DNA from: Promethearchaeati archaeon SRVP18_Atabeyarchaeia-1
Lineage (GTDB): Archaea; Asgardarchaeota; Atabeyarchaeia; Atabeyarchaeales; Atabeyarchaeaceae
Length of the DNA stretch: 64,000 nucleotides
Reading direction: 5' to 3'
Assembly: GCA_037308085.1 (NCBI GenBank)
Contig: CP147779.1
Location: 416,001-480,000, forward strand
The notes beneath the pieces are model-generated. The model saw nothing but the letters and a program-made list of their open reading frames with translations. It ran no database searches and was not told the origin of the DNA. How positions within the stretch are numbered: the first letter of the stretch is position 1; every line of letters begins with the position of its first letter. A program made the position numbers and the translations under genes. Shown in pieces: positions 33,482 to 46,649 of the stretch.

Positions 33482-34392
33482 AGGCCTTCAGGTCGTCCTA
33501 AAACTCTTCGCGGCTTCCTCTAACCTCTCTACGATGTGACTCATAGTCGTCTCTGTAGGAAGGCTGTTGACAAGTGTTGGCGAGGGAGTTCAAATGAACT
33601 CGCTTGTGCCTTTCTTAGGAGGGGATCATGACGATCGTTGACGACAAGAGGAAGTATGTTCTGGTCAAAACGAAGAGTCTTATCCGTCGTCTGCGCCAAC
33701 AAGACTGTGGGGCTCTGCAAGGAGTATACAGGCACGTTGATGACTTGGTTGAGTGGAATACCTTTCGAGACTGGGCGTATAGAGGCTGCTTCCGGATGCC
33801 TCTCAACGTGTTCGCAAGGTTGAAGAAGACATATGAGATCAAGGACGTGCCGCGAGTGGTCACAGAGACTCAATGGTACGCAGAGACACGCAAGAGAGCA
33901 GCAAGAATAATGCACGAACGCCACCCCCATAAGGAGTGGCTATCGCGAGCAGCGAAGGCTGGCGGTGAAGCTGTAAAAGCCAAGTACGGGATCAGGTATC
34001 TGACAAAACTCTCTGGATCTGCCATACATTCATCAGCCAGATACCGATACAAGGATGGATATGGAATAGAATACCGTAGCCGCCTGGAACTGCGGGTTGC
34101 GGATTTGCTGCGCAAACATGGATACAAATTCGATTATGAACCGGAGATAGATGGATACATCCCTGACTTCCTAATCAACCACACAATAATCGAGGTTAGC
34201 GGATACTTTCGCGACCACGATTATCTTTCAAGACTCCAGATCAAACTTGCAGACCTAACCACTAAGGGTTGGGATATCATCGTTGTATGTGAACCGCGAA
34301 ACAAAGCTGCTCTCCAGCAGGCGCTCGTAGGAATACGAGTCAAGGCAATTATGACAACGGATGAGTTCGGACGATGGCTGTAGGTCTGCGAA
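33482..34392 (+). mobile_element. 911-nt BHB intron in 16S (about E. coli 1057/1058) carrying an ORF
   Basis: Central helix TGCA/TGCG, bulges TGA and AAG; excision restores GGTGCATGGCCGTCG. Confidence 0.9.
33628..34383 (+). CDS. Intron-encoded PD-(D/E)xK-like endonuclease
   Basis: C-terminal YRS.LE..VA..L...G....YEP....YIPDF....IIEVSG; basic N-terminal half. Confidence 0.7.
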   Translation: MTIVDDKRKYVLVKTKSLIRRLRQQDCGALQGVYRHVDDLVEWNTFRDWAYRGCFRMPLNVFARLKKTYEIKDVPRVVTETQWYAETRKRAARIMHERHPHKEWLSRAAKAGGEAVKAKYGIRYLTKLSGSAIHSSARYRYKDGYGIEYRSRLELRVADLLRKHGYKFDYEPEIDGYIPDFLINHTIIEVSGYFRDHDYLSRLQIKLADLTTKGWDIIVVCEPRNKAALQQALVGIRVKAIMTTDEFGRWL

Positions 34393-34849
34393 GCCGTCGT
34401 CAGTTCGTGCCGTGAGGTGTCCTGTCAAGTCAGGCAACGAACGAGACCCCTGCTTACAGTTGCTACCAGGCTTAGAAATGGGTCTGAGCACACTGTAGGG
34501 ACTGCCGGCGATAAGCTGGAGGAAGGAGGGGGCCACGGCAGGTCAGTATGCCCCGAATCCCCCGGGCCACACGCGGGCTGCAATGGTTGGGACAATGGGT
34601 TCCGACCCCGAAAGGGGAAGGTAATCCCGAAACCCAATCTCAGTTGGGATCGAGGGCTGCAACTCGCCCTCGTGAACATGGAATCCCTAGTAATCGCGCG
34701 TCATCATCGCGCGGTGAATACTGTCCCTGCTCCTTGCACACATCGTGTCTAGGAAGCGCTTAGCGCGAGTGTAGACCGCCCGTCGCTCCACCCGAGTCGG
34801 GTTAGGGTGAGACGTAGCCTTTTTGGCCACGTCGAACCCAGGCTCGGCA

Positions 34850-34880
<31 letters not shown>

Positions 34881-35341
34881 AGACTCCGTAGGGGATGCTT
34901 GTGATTGTGATGGGGTGGCATCCGCCTTTTGCTTTGTATGCAACGACTTTGTTGCGGCTTGAGGTGTTCTCGTAGGTTCCGTGTTGCGCGTCTGATGTGT
35001 TTGGGATGCGTTTCCGAGGTTTCGTTTGTCTCCTTGGAGTCCGGTAAGGGGAACCTGCGGCTGGATCACCTCCTATGAATCCCCACCCGTTAGGGTGGGG
35101 TTCTTCCGCCGCGATTGTTGCCGAGGGGTTGGCTTACATGATTGTTGTGGGGTTTCGAGCCCGCCTACCTGCTTCTCACTGCTCATTTTGTTTTCCTGGT
35201 TATCCGATTAGCCATGTTATTGTCTAGCATTTGCTTTCTCTTTTCTGGATGGCTTCGGATTCGGAAAGCTGGGCGTGTTACTGTAGTTGGTGACCTTTAA
35301 TGTCATCATCCATGACTAGATGATTGTGAGCTACGAACTCC

Positions 35342-36025
35342 TTGAAGGGTGTGGGCTTTCTGGTTCAATTTGATAAGATTCTGTTGAGGACCGATCAGTC
35401 GGCGGAGGCAACTCCATCCATCTGCTATCTTGCAGGTACGTTCAGAGATGGTTGCATATCAACCCAGTGGCAGATCAAGATCAAGCAGAAATCGAGGCAG
35501 TATCTTCTCAATAAGATCATACCAATACTAAACCAAGAATCCAATCTCCATTTGACAGAGAGAGCCGTCTATTTGCAGGCTGACGCAAATAGGCGCTTTT
35601 ATGTCGCGTTCAAGAGAAAGAAGGCATGGGGGCAGCTCAGGAAAACTTTCAGCATCCCCCCAGACAGTGTAAGTTAGGGAACGCCGCCGTTCGTCAAAAA
35701 ACTAGACAAAGCCCTGTTGCGTTTCTATATACAGGGCTTCTTTGACGCTGAAGGTGGAGTGCCCCGTAACCCGATGAGCTCCAAATTGTACATCTCATTC
35801 ACCCAAAGAAACCGTGAATCCCTAGAGTTTCTAAGAAACAAGCTGTATTCCGAGTGGAATATTGTCTCGGGCAGGCTGAGGATTTCTGATAACAGGTCCC
35901 ACTGCTGGAGGTTCACGATTGCTGGGCTAGGCTCGATCAAACGATTCATGACAGAGATTGGAACGGAACATCCATCTAAGGAGAGAAGATTCACTATCAT
36001 TTCGAATCTGCTTAAAGGCTGGTAG
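35342..36025 (+). pseudogene. LAGLIDADG homing endonuclease with in-frame TAG at 35675-35677
   Basis: YLAGTFRDG (ORF 35342-35677) and YIQGFFDAEG (ORF 35717-36025) are in the same frame, separated by one stop. Confidence 0.8.
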
Positions 36026-36145
36026 GGGAACCTGCGACTGGATCACCTCCTACGAAGTCCCGCCCAAATGGGCGGGCTTCCTTTCTGCCGCATGTGTTGT
36101 TTGGGATCAGCTTACATGATAGCCAACGGGTTTTGGAGCCTACCG
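36022..36145 (+). repeat. Diverged second copy of the 16S 3' end and downstream trailer
   Basis: GTAGGGGAACCTGCGACTGGATCACCTCCT, a GC hairpin and GCTTACATGAT, mirroring 35044-35145. Confidence 0.85.
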
Positions 36146-36300
36146 AATCTCGTCTTCTCTGATATTTCGTATTGTGTCCTCTGCTATTCCTGTAGGCGGA
36201 TTGTTGCACTCCGATGTGGCTTGGACAAGATCGAGCTAAGCTGGAAAGCAGCCAGTGAAGATGGTCTGGACTCTGCCGTATTTGCCGCGCGCGAGATCCT

Positions 36301-36969
36301 CTATTCGAAGTACACGAGAGCGAAAGCTGTTGCCATGACTGCCATTCCTACGATTAGCTGTCTGAGAGTGATGCGGGAGGCCAGTGCAACGAAGAGAACG
36401 CCAAAACCTATCATGCTGACGACTACTACAAAGTAAAACGGCCTGAGAATGTCGGGTTTTCCAATTCCATAACCAAATAGCGTCCCAGTTATGGAGTGTA
36501 TAATCAACCATAGCACACCGAGGAATATGAGGATCAGTCCGAGTCCCGCGGCGATCCCCCTTGCGCTCCCTCTTCGGCCCCATCCCCACTCGTTCCGCTT
36601 TCTTTCGTCGGGCTCAAGAAAATCTAGTCTCAACCGCGCATTCCCACCTCTGATCACTGTCAACACGAAATCATCCCTAATGATGATCTTGATGGGCGCC
36701 ATATATATGTAGAGCGGCATCTGGTCGGGTGGATCATCATAGTCCCTAGATAATTGAGAGAGAGAGAGAGAGCCATCAAGAAGGTCATTATGTTGTATGG
36801 AATGTGTCCGGGAAGAATCAGGGACAAACCTGCGGTGAAGGAACTCATAGAGCGAATTATGGTGGAGGCGGGCGATACAATAGACTGGCTCGATGAGCTC
36901 TGGGGAAAAAAGGCACCTAGATAGGCGCTGGTAGCGCTGGACATCCATGAATGCGTCCATGTCCGTCAC
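36301..36969 (-). CDS. Possible membrane protein, perhaps decayed
   Basis: Three hydrophobic segments in the C-terminal half; N-terminal half uncertain, with a (GA)n run at ~36756-36772. Confidence 0.35.
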   Translation of the reverse strand: MTDMDAFMDVQRYQRLSRCLFSPELIEPVYCIARLHHNSLYEFLHRRFVPDSSRTHSIQHNDLLDGSLSLSQLSRDYDDPPDQMPLYIYMAPIKIIIRDDFVLTVIRGGNARLRLDFLEPDERKRNEWGWGRRGSARGIAAGLGLILIFLGVLWLIIHSITGTLFGYGIGKPDILRPFYFVVVVSMIGFGVLFVALASRITLRQLIVGMAVMATAFALVYFE

Positions 36970-37382
36970 CCTTATTACAGCTTCAACTCATACCTGTACT
37001 AGGGGTGAGAGTGAGACACGGCGAAATGCCCGAGATGTGGAGAATGGATGAGAACTGAGACTCGAACTGAACCGCTTCTCGGATTGAGTAAGAAGCGTCC
37101 AGCGTTCCCTAGGACAAAAAGACGTGACGTGTGTCCGCATTGCCACTACAGCACCATGTGGATCTAGTCGTAATAGGTTGCGCCTCTCCGCGAGAATGCC
37201 CTAGGAGGGTGCGCCCTGTTTCCTGTTGTTGTCCTGGTCGTTTTTCGTTGGGGTGGCTTGCTTTCTGTTTGGGGCCTTTTCCTGTGTGTGGGGGTTGGTT
37301 CTTTTCGGTGGGGGCTTCTAGCCGAACATTATTTAAGCTTGTGGAAGCGAATGCTTTGTTTGGAATACTTGTCTTGGCGCAG

Positions 37383-38036
37383 ATGGGAGGGTGTTTAGCT
37401 TTGGCTGCTGGTGGTCTGCATGAGGCTTTAAATAGGTGCCCCAGGTGTGGTGCTGGGATGGAGTATCTTGGGAGGTCGGTGGCGTATTTGGAGTCTGGAG
37501 GCATCTCCGCCTTGTTCGAGGTTTATGTGTGCAGCAGCTGTCTTACGGTGCAGTTGGTTTCTTTCGGTAACGAGAGGGCCTATCGAGATCTTGTCAGGAA
37601 AAATGTTGGGCCATCATCGTTTCTCAAGCCGTGCGTCAGCTGTGGGAGCAGGATTCCCATAGCGTCGGAGGAGTGCCAGTTCTGCGGATCAAAGCAGCCG
37701 CCTTGGGATGAGGCTAAGAGGGGGAGGACGCAGGCTGAGCAAGCCTTGATGCAGAAGCTGGCTGAAATTATGAGAAGGAAGGCTGACGCGCGACTGCAGG
37801 GTGCGGCGCTCTCTAGTGGAGGAGGTGAGTCTGCGCCCGAGTTGGAGGCGGCGCCTCAGATTGAGGTGAAAGAGAAGCCAGGAGAATGCATGGTCTGCCA
37901 TAGCCCAGTGCTGAAGAAGGATGATGTGATTACTTGCCCTCACTGTGGAGGCGTTGCCCACAGGGTTCATATGCTTGAGTGGCTGCATGTCAAAGGCACC
38001 TGCCCCGCGTGCCATCAGCCGATAGCCCATCCTTAG
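37383..38036 (+). CDS. Zn-ribbon protein with C-terminal RING-like domain (start uncertain)
   Basis: CPRC, CSSC, CVSC, CQFC, then CMVC-x11-CPHC-x4-H-x2-H-x3-W-x6-CPAC. Confidence 0.75.
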   Translation: MGGCLALAAGGLHEALNRCPRCGAGMEYLGRSVAYLESGGISALFEVYVCSSCLTVQLVSFGNERAYRDLVRKNVGPSSFLKPCVSCGSRIPIASEECQFCGSKQPPWDEAKRGRTQAEQALMQKLAEIMRRKADARLQGAALSSGGGESAPELEAAPQIEVKEKPGECMVCHSPVLKKDDVITCPHCGGVAHRVHMLEWLHVKGTCPACHQPIAHP

Positions 38037-38183
38037 CTTGGGCTGCTCCACCCACAGTTGGCGGCGATGGCTGCCCTACCCATTAGTCCTTTGCCCTCTA
38101 TCTGCCAGCGACTTATAGAAACCTATAATTCTATCTGAAGTGACAACTTACCAGCAGAGAGTTCGCTGGAGAATGAATGTTAG

Positions 38184-38420
38184 ATGCCGAAGCCTAAGGT
38201 GTCAATAAAGTTTTGTGGTGTCTGAGGTTCGAGCGCTGTGACAAGGAAGCTTGTGTCGTCTGTGGTACCGGGTCTTAAGAGCAAGGCGGACGTGGAATTG
38301 GTCAGGAAGGATGGTGCGCATCCTGAGATTCTCGTTAACGGCAAGAAGCTGAAGGCTGACTACGGCGACTTTGAGTCTTTGAAGAAGTCTGTGATAGATG
38401 CTGTGGACAAGGCGAAGTAG
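38184..38420 (+). CDS. Small SelW/Rdx-like selenoprotein (CxxU; TGA at 38223-38225)
   Basis: MPKPKVSIKFCGV-U-GSSAVTRK continues in frame into ORF 38238-38420; SECIS-like hairpin follows the stop. Confidence 0.8.
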
Positions 38421-38434
38421 CTCGAACGCTGCGA

Positions 38435-38482
38435 CCCTGATGATTCCCGCTCGTAAAAGCTGCGAGGGGGCGGGATGAAGGG
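38435..38482 (+). promoter_or_regulatory. Eukaryote-type SECIS element candidate
   Basis: CCCT/AGGG helix I, ATGA-T...T-GA core, TCCCGC-TCGT/GCGA-GCGGGA helix II, apical AAAA. Confidence 0.72.
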
Positions 38483-38674
38483 AGGGACGCCCCCGCGAGG
38501 TTTCTCGCGGTCGTCATCAACCTAGTTTCATGTTGAGTAGGCACTTCTGTGTTTGGAGGCGCCGTGGCGCCGGTGTATTGTCTCTTTCTCTTGCTGACCG
38601 CAATACTTATAATGGGTTCACCGCACTATCTTTGAATTGCGGTAGAGAGATGGCTTTGCAGCTGTTACTCTATC

Positions 38675-38740
38675 GCCCTCATGATGAACTTGAGATGCAA
38701 CTCGGGAGGATTGTACAATTGGGCCTCTCGGGTGAAGGGC
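38675..38740 (+). other. Box C/D-like K-turn motif in the 23S leader
   Basis: GCCCT-C-ATGATGA ... GTGA-AGGGC. Confidence 0.5.
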
Positions 38741-38866
38741 AAAGTGGGGATTCACATGGTTACCATCCTCACGATAATTGCCGTGCATAGGCTCCATCTG
38801 CTAGATCGTTCGTACGAGGAGAACCCAGGTATATCCAACACCAAACTGGACCAAGGTTATGAGTAA

Positions 38867-42207
<3,341 letters not shown>

Positions 42208-42641
42208 TGAAATTCCTTGGTTCGGGTGAAATTGGGTTTCTGGGGACGTTCTGGGGGTGGAGCCTAGTGCACGGCTGTTGCCGCTTCCGTTTTCTGCAGT
42301 TGCCTCTCTTGAGTACGTGTGACCATATTTCTCAACAGAGATTCCTGTCTGAGAGGAACCAGATTTACTCGAACAGTTTTCCTTGGCGCTCGAGAGTTTG
42401 GATTTACCGCACTGTGTCAGAGAGGGGGGAGAGAGTGTGTAACGGGGAAGCGCGTTCATCCACACTGATGTCAGGGTGGCTGGATGCATGAGAAGTACGG
42501 CGGTAACCACAACCCATCTTGATGGTGCTCTGCTTGAACTCTCCATCCTTGGCGCCAAATGAGAATATTCGAAAAGTATATCTGGTTGGTGCTCCAATAC
42601 CGCTTCTTGATTTGATGATATGGTGATGGAGGGAATGGTCT

Positions 42642-43067
42642 TTGGGTAAGACGGTGAATGTGAGAAGCGAAGCGAGAACAATCAGGCTGTACAGTGTCAG
42701 TATCGTATTGTCGGTCATCGCAATCCTGTCGTCAGTACTCGTGGGTGCTTCGTATACTGTGCTCACGATCGGCAACTTTGTCGCGGTCGGCCTCATATTT
42801 ATACTGGTGATGGGAATCGTATATGCCCGGCAGAGAAAAGAAGTTACAACTTACTACCATGACGCATCAGGCTCACCGACAGGAACATCAACACTGAATG
42901 CGAGGATTTTGGGTTTCATAGCTGCGTTCTGGGATCTGTTTCTGGTAATCGTTATAGCATACGCGTCCTTCAGCTACCTCTACCTCGTCGATATTATCCC
43001 GGGGTTGTTTCTGATCATTAGTGGCATAGTCGCACTGATTGGCGCATTAACGTACAAGATTAAGTAG
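42642..43067 (+). CDS. Four-TM membrane protein, unknown function
   Basis: Hydrophobicity pattern. Confidence 0.6.
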   Translation: MGKTVNVRSEARTIRLYSVSIVLSVIAILSSVLVGASYTVLTIGNFVAVGLIFILVMGIVYARQRKEVTTYYHDASGSPTGTSTLNARILGFIAAFWDLFLVIVIAYASFSYLYLVDIIPGLFLIISGIVALIGALTYKIK

Positions 43068-43298
43068 GCATGGGTCGGGTGGCTTCACGGTATTGATGCA
43101 CTAGGTTCGATCCCGTTCGCACTCTTCTCATGAAAGTCAAAGGGCATTCTCACAGGCGGTATTAGGCTGTTCCAGGTGTGATCCACACTTTTTAGCGTAC
43201 CCTCTTCAAAGTTGCAGTAGGCGGCGACGTGAGGAAAACAGGAAAAGATATTTCTCGCCGGGAGTGAATAGCGCATATTCTGGTAGGACGAAGCGCAG

Positions 43299-44564
43299 AT
43301 GGCAAAGGGGTTGGTTTCTGTGGGAAGGACGCTGCAAATTCCGTGGGGAGCGTGGTCTGGTTCTGCGGAGGAACTGTCTGTCCGGTTCCCAGACTCATGG
43401 GATGTTCAGGTTTTTCCGATGCGCGATGCGGAGGACATTACGGGTTCTGCGGCGGTTGAACGCGCCGTACGGAATCCGTTTGGGACACCTCCCATCCGGA
43501 ATATTGCGACCGGTAAGAAGAATGCCGTTCTCGTTGTAGAAGACGTTTCCCGCCCCACCAGGTGTGGACCCATCTGCGAGGTTATCCTCAATGAGCTGAA
43601 TCAGGCTGGCATCCCGGACTCGCGCATTACGGTCATTGGAGCAGTAGGTGCGCATCGCCCGATGAGGCGCGCAGATTACGTCAGCAAGGTCGGAGAGAAA
43701 GTTGTGGAGCGCGTGAACATCGAGAACCACCACCCCTATGAAAACTTGGTGCAGCTTGGCGAGTCCAAGTTGGGAACACCCATCCACCTGAACAGGACCT
43801 ACCACGAAGCTGGCGTGAAGATCTCGGTCAGCACGGTTATCCCCCACCCGCTCGCAGGCTTTGGTGGAGGCGCGAAAATTATCCTCCCAGGTATCTGCGG
43901 CATCGAGACACTTGCGGCGAATCACCGAGCAGGAATGAAGGGAGTGGGTATCGGGATCGGCTTCATCACCGACCTTCGAAAGGACATTGAAGATGTCTGC
44001 AGCCGCGTTGGCCTTGACTTCAGCGTCAACATTGTAGCCACATCTCGGCGTGGCATTGCAGGCATATATGCGGGACACTATATTGAGGCGCACCGCCAAG
44101 CGGTCGATCGCGCGCGCCAAGTCTATCATACGGAGACCCTAAAACTGGATCCGAAGAATCGGTTTGACGTCGGATTCTTCAACCTCTTCCCGGAAGACAC
44201 CGAGCTTTCGCAAGCGTTGAAGGGTGTAAATTCATTTATGGGGTCCCAATCCATGTTGAAGCCAAAGTCCGCCATAGTCTTCATGACCGCTGCCACAGAG
44301 GGACGCGGATACCATTCGCTCTTGGCGGAAACCGGCGCCAGGCTATATGAGAACTGGGGAGAGAACCCAATCTTCAAAGCAGTAATGTCCACACGCCCAT
44401 TCTACGTTTTCTCCCCTAATGTGACGCGCGCAGACGTTTACCACTTCTTCCCAGGATACACGGTCTTCCACCGGAACTTTGATGACCTAACACGCTCACT
44501 CGGAGAAACTGTGGGCTCTAACCCCAAAGCGGCAATCTTCCCCTCGAGCATCCAACTTTTCTGA
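43299..44564 (+). CDS. Lactate racemase LarA (DUF2088) family protein
   Basis: AVRNPFG, EDVSRPT, GAHRPM, PHPLAGFGGGAKIILPG. Confidence 0.88.
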   Translation: MAKGLVSVGRTLQIPWGAWSGSAEELSVRFPDSWDVQVFPMRDAEDITGSAAVERAVRNPFGTPPIRNIATGKKNAVLVVEDVSRPTRCGPICEVILNELNQAGIPDSRITVIGAVGAHRPMRRADYVSKVGEKVVERVNIENHHPYENLVQLGESKLGTPIHLNRTYHEAGVKISVSTVIPHPLAGFGGGAKIILPGICGIETLAANHRAGMKGVGIGIGFITDLRKDIEDVCSRVGLDFSVNIVATSRRGIAGIYAGHYIEAHRQAVDRARQVYHTETLKLDPKNRFDVGFFNLFPEDTELSQALKGVNSFMGSQSMLKPKSAIVFMTAATEGRGYHSLLAETGARLYENWGENPIFKAVMSTRPFYVFSPNVTRADVYHFFPGYTVFHRNFDDLTRSLGETVGSNPKAAIFPSSIQLF

Positions 44565-44801
44565 TCATGCCTAGAGCCGGCTCATCCCATAGAGAAGATC
44601 GGAGACCCTTTTGAGTTCGTATTCGTGTTCCAGCTTGCGCAGTACCCTATGCTTCTAGGCAGCGAAGGTTTGCCGAGCTTAGCGCGCGCTACTAAACGAC
44701 TAGGCACATGGGTCACCAGGAAAGAAGGAATTGGAGATTTGATTTGAGTCATTTTGTTACGACGGAAATTCTTATTTGATCTGGCTTGTTAATGGTTTTC
44801 T

Positions 44802-45209
44802 GAGTCAGGATGTGGGAGCGCGGCTGCCGGTACCTTTCTTGCTCCTTTGGGGAAGATAGGCGCTGAGGAAGGTCTCCCCTCCACCAGACAGCGGTGCAGC
44901 GAAAGCTGCGGGGTGAGAGCCTCGCTCCAGGATCAGAAACGACACGTCCACGTGCGGAATGACCATGATGCGGTTGAGAAGACGCCTCTGGGTGTTTTCG
45001 AGCAGGGTCTTGGTAACATGGCCCAGTAACCCGTTGAGGATGCATGTGGGATCGTTGAAACGGCCTGCCACTGCGGAGAAAGCCCAAATAGGCTGTGGAT
45101 GATGAGTCTGGCTGAACCAGCGGGTAGGGTGAGTAGCTGAATGCCGCAAAGGGTGCTTCGGCGACGGGGCACCTGGAACAAAAGGGGGCCTACTACCCAC
45201 ACCTGGCTC
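44802..45209 (+). ncRNA. rnpB: RNase P RNA
   Basis: GAGGAAGGTCTCCCCTCC (CR-I), CAGAAAC, TTGAAACGGC, TGAATG, AACAAAAGGGGGCCTA (CR-V); terminal pairing GAGTCAGG..TGTGGG/CCCACA-CCTGGCTC. Confidence 0.88.
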
Positions 45210-45268
45210 CTATTTCGTCGTAACGAGCACCTATGACTCCATGGAACCCTCTGCGCCTTTGCTCGGAT

Positions 45269-46120
45269 TCACTTTGCCAGCTCTCTTAGCTTCTTGATGT
45301 TCTGGTAGTCATCTCGTGCCTCGTTTACCGGGGTCTCCATTATGAATGGAAGATCCCGCAGGTCTCTGTGGTGCAGAATCGCCCTGAATCCTTCCTCACC
45401 TATTTTGCCTAAGCCGATATGTTCATGCCGGTCTGTTCGGGAGTTAAATCCCCCTTTTGAGTCATTGGCATGGATGACCCTCAGCCTTCTGAGCCCAATC
45501 AGGTCCCTGAATAGGTCGATGCTTGTTTCGACGGCCTTCTCGCCCCTTAGGTCGTACCCTGCTGCAAATGCGTGGCAAGTGTCAAGGCAGACGCCCACCT
45601 TCTCACCAAACTTTCCCATTCGTTCAATCATCGTCTGAATCTCTTCGAATGTCGAGCACATACTGTTCCGCGCCCCGGCGGTATTCTCGAGCAAAAGAAT
45701 GACCTCATTACTAGCTTCGGAAAGTGAGGTATCTATTGCGTTCAATGCGTTCCTGAGGCCTTCTTCAAAGCCTGTTCCCATGTGGCTTCCCGAGTGAGTT
45801 ACCAGGTACGGTATCTTGAGTCTTCCGCATCTCTTGAGTTCCGAAGTCAGGGCATCGACTGATTTCCTGTGAATTGCTCTCCGAGGGGAAGCTATGTTTG
45901 GAAGGTAAGGCATGTGTGCGACTACAGGCCCGATCTTGGTCCTTCTGATCTTTTCTGTGAAGTCTGATACTTTCTCTTCACTGAGACCTTTTGATTTCCA
46001 CTGTCGCGGGTTTCTCGTGAATAGCTGGAAAGTGTCACAGTTCCTTTCAGAAGCACGATCGACTGCCTTGTCTATCGACCCCAAGATAGATACGTGGACA
46101 CCGATGCGTGCCAATGGCAA
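45269..46120 (-). CDS. nfo: Endonuclease IV
   Basis: IGVHVS, HMPYL.N, LLENTAG, CLDTCH, HANDSK, DRHEHIG, METP. Confidence 0.95.
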   Translation of the reverse strand: MPLARIGVHVSILGSIDKAVDRASERNCDTFQLFTRNPRQWKSKGLSEEKVSDFTEKIRRTKIGPVVAHMPYLPNIASPRRAIHRKSVDALTSELKRCGRLKIPYLVTHSGSHMGTGFEEGLRNALNAIDTSLSEASNEVILLLENTAGARNSMCSTFEEIQTMIERMGKFGEKVGVCLDTCHAFAAGYDLRGEKAVETSIDLFRDLIGLRRLRVIHANDSKGGFNSRTDRHEHIGLGKIGEEGFRAILHHRDLRDLPFIMETPVNEARDDYQNIKKLRELAK

Positions 46121-46148
46121 TCACTCCAAACCCGAGGACGATCTCAAG

Positions 46149-46649
46149 TTACCTTGGGCTACCAGCCACCCCGGGAAGCGGGGTTTCGATACTGTTGAGC
46201 GTAAGAAAATTCTGGCCCCACTTGAATTTCGCTAGTATCTCACGCGCCTGCCGGATGAATCCGCAGGTAATCAAGGCACCAGCAAAAGCCTCTACGGTGC
46301 TCAGCTTGTTCCTCACGGCGTAGTTGATCGGATTTCCGGCGAGCATGTCTGGCAGTCGCCGCCTTTGGGCCTTGATTTTGGAGGTGAAAAGTTCCTCGGC
46401 GTTCTCCCACGAGCAATCGAGAGCGACCAAGCCGTAGTTGAGCAGATTTCTGCAATCATCGTTCGAGAGGACCAGATTTGAATAGGGGTCGAGGATCACG
46501 GCGCTTCGAGGTATGTGGGAGAGTCTGTCGATTCGCCTAGCCAGCCTGTATCTCAACATTTTCAGCGCTGTGCACTTCTTTGGGTCACATTGCGCAGCGT
46601 GGTAGATGTACAGCTTGACCCTGTCATATGTATCTCTCGGGCTATCCAA
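46149..46649 (-). CDS. tsr3: rRNA aminocarboxypropyltransferase Tsr3
   Basis: QCDPKKCTA, LDCSW, LAGNPINY, LSTVEA, FKWG..F. Confidence 0.92.
   Translation of the reverse strand: MDSPRDTYDRVKLYIYHAAQCDPKKCTALKMLRYRLARRIDRLSHIPRSAVILDPYSNLVLSNDDCRNLLNYGLVALDCSWENAEELFTSKIKAQRRRLPDMLAGNPINYAVRNKLSTVEAFAGALITCGFIRQAREILAKFKWGQNFLTLNSIETPLPGVAGSPR

Noticed and set aside
37131-37382. N-terminal extension of the RING protein
   Set aside because: G/T-rich low-complexity sequence upstream of a TATA-like box (~37332).
44749-45202. ORFs over 44.75-45.2 kb, and an SRP RNA interpretation
   Set aside because: The region carries RNase P RNA conserved regions, not the SRP helix 8 motif.
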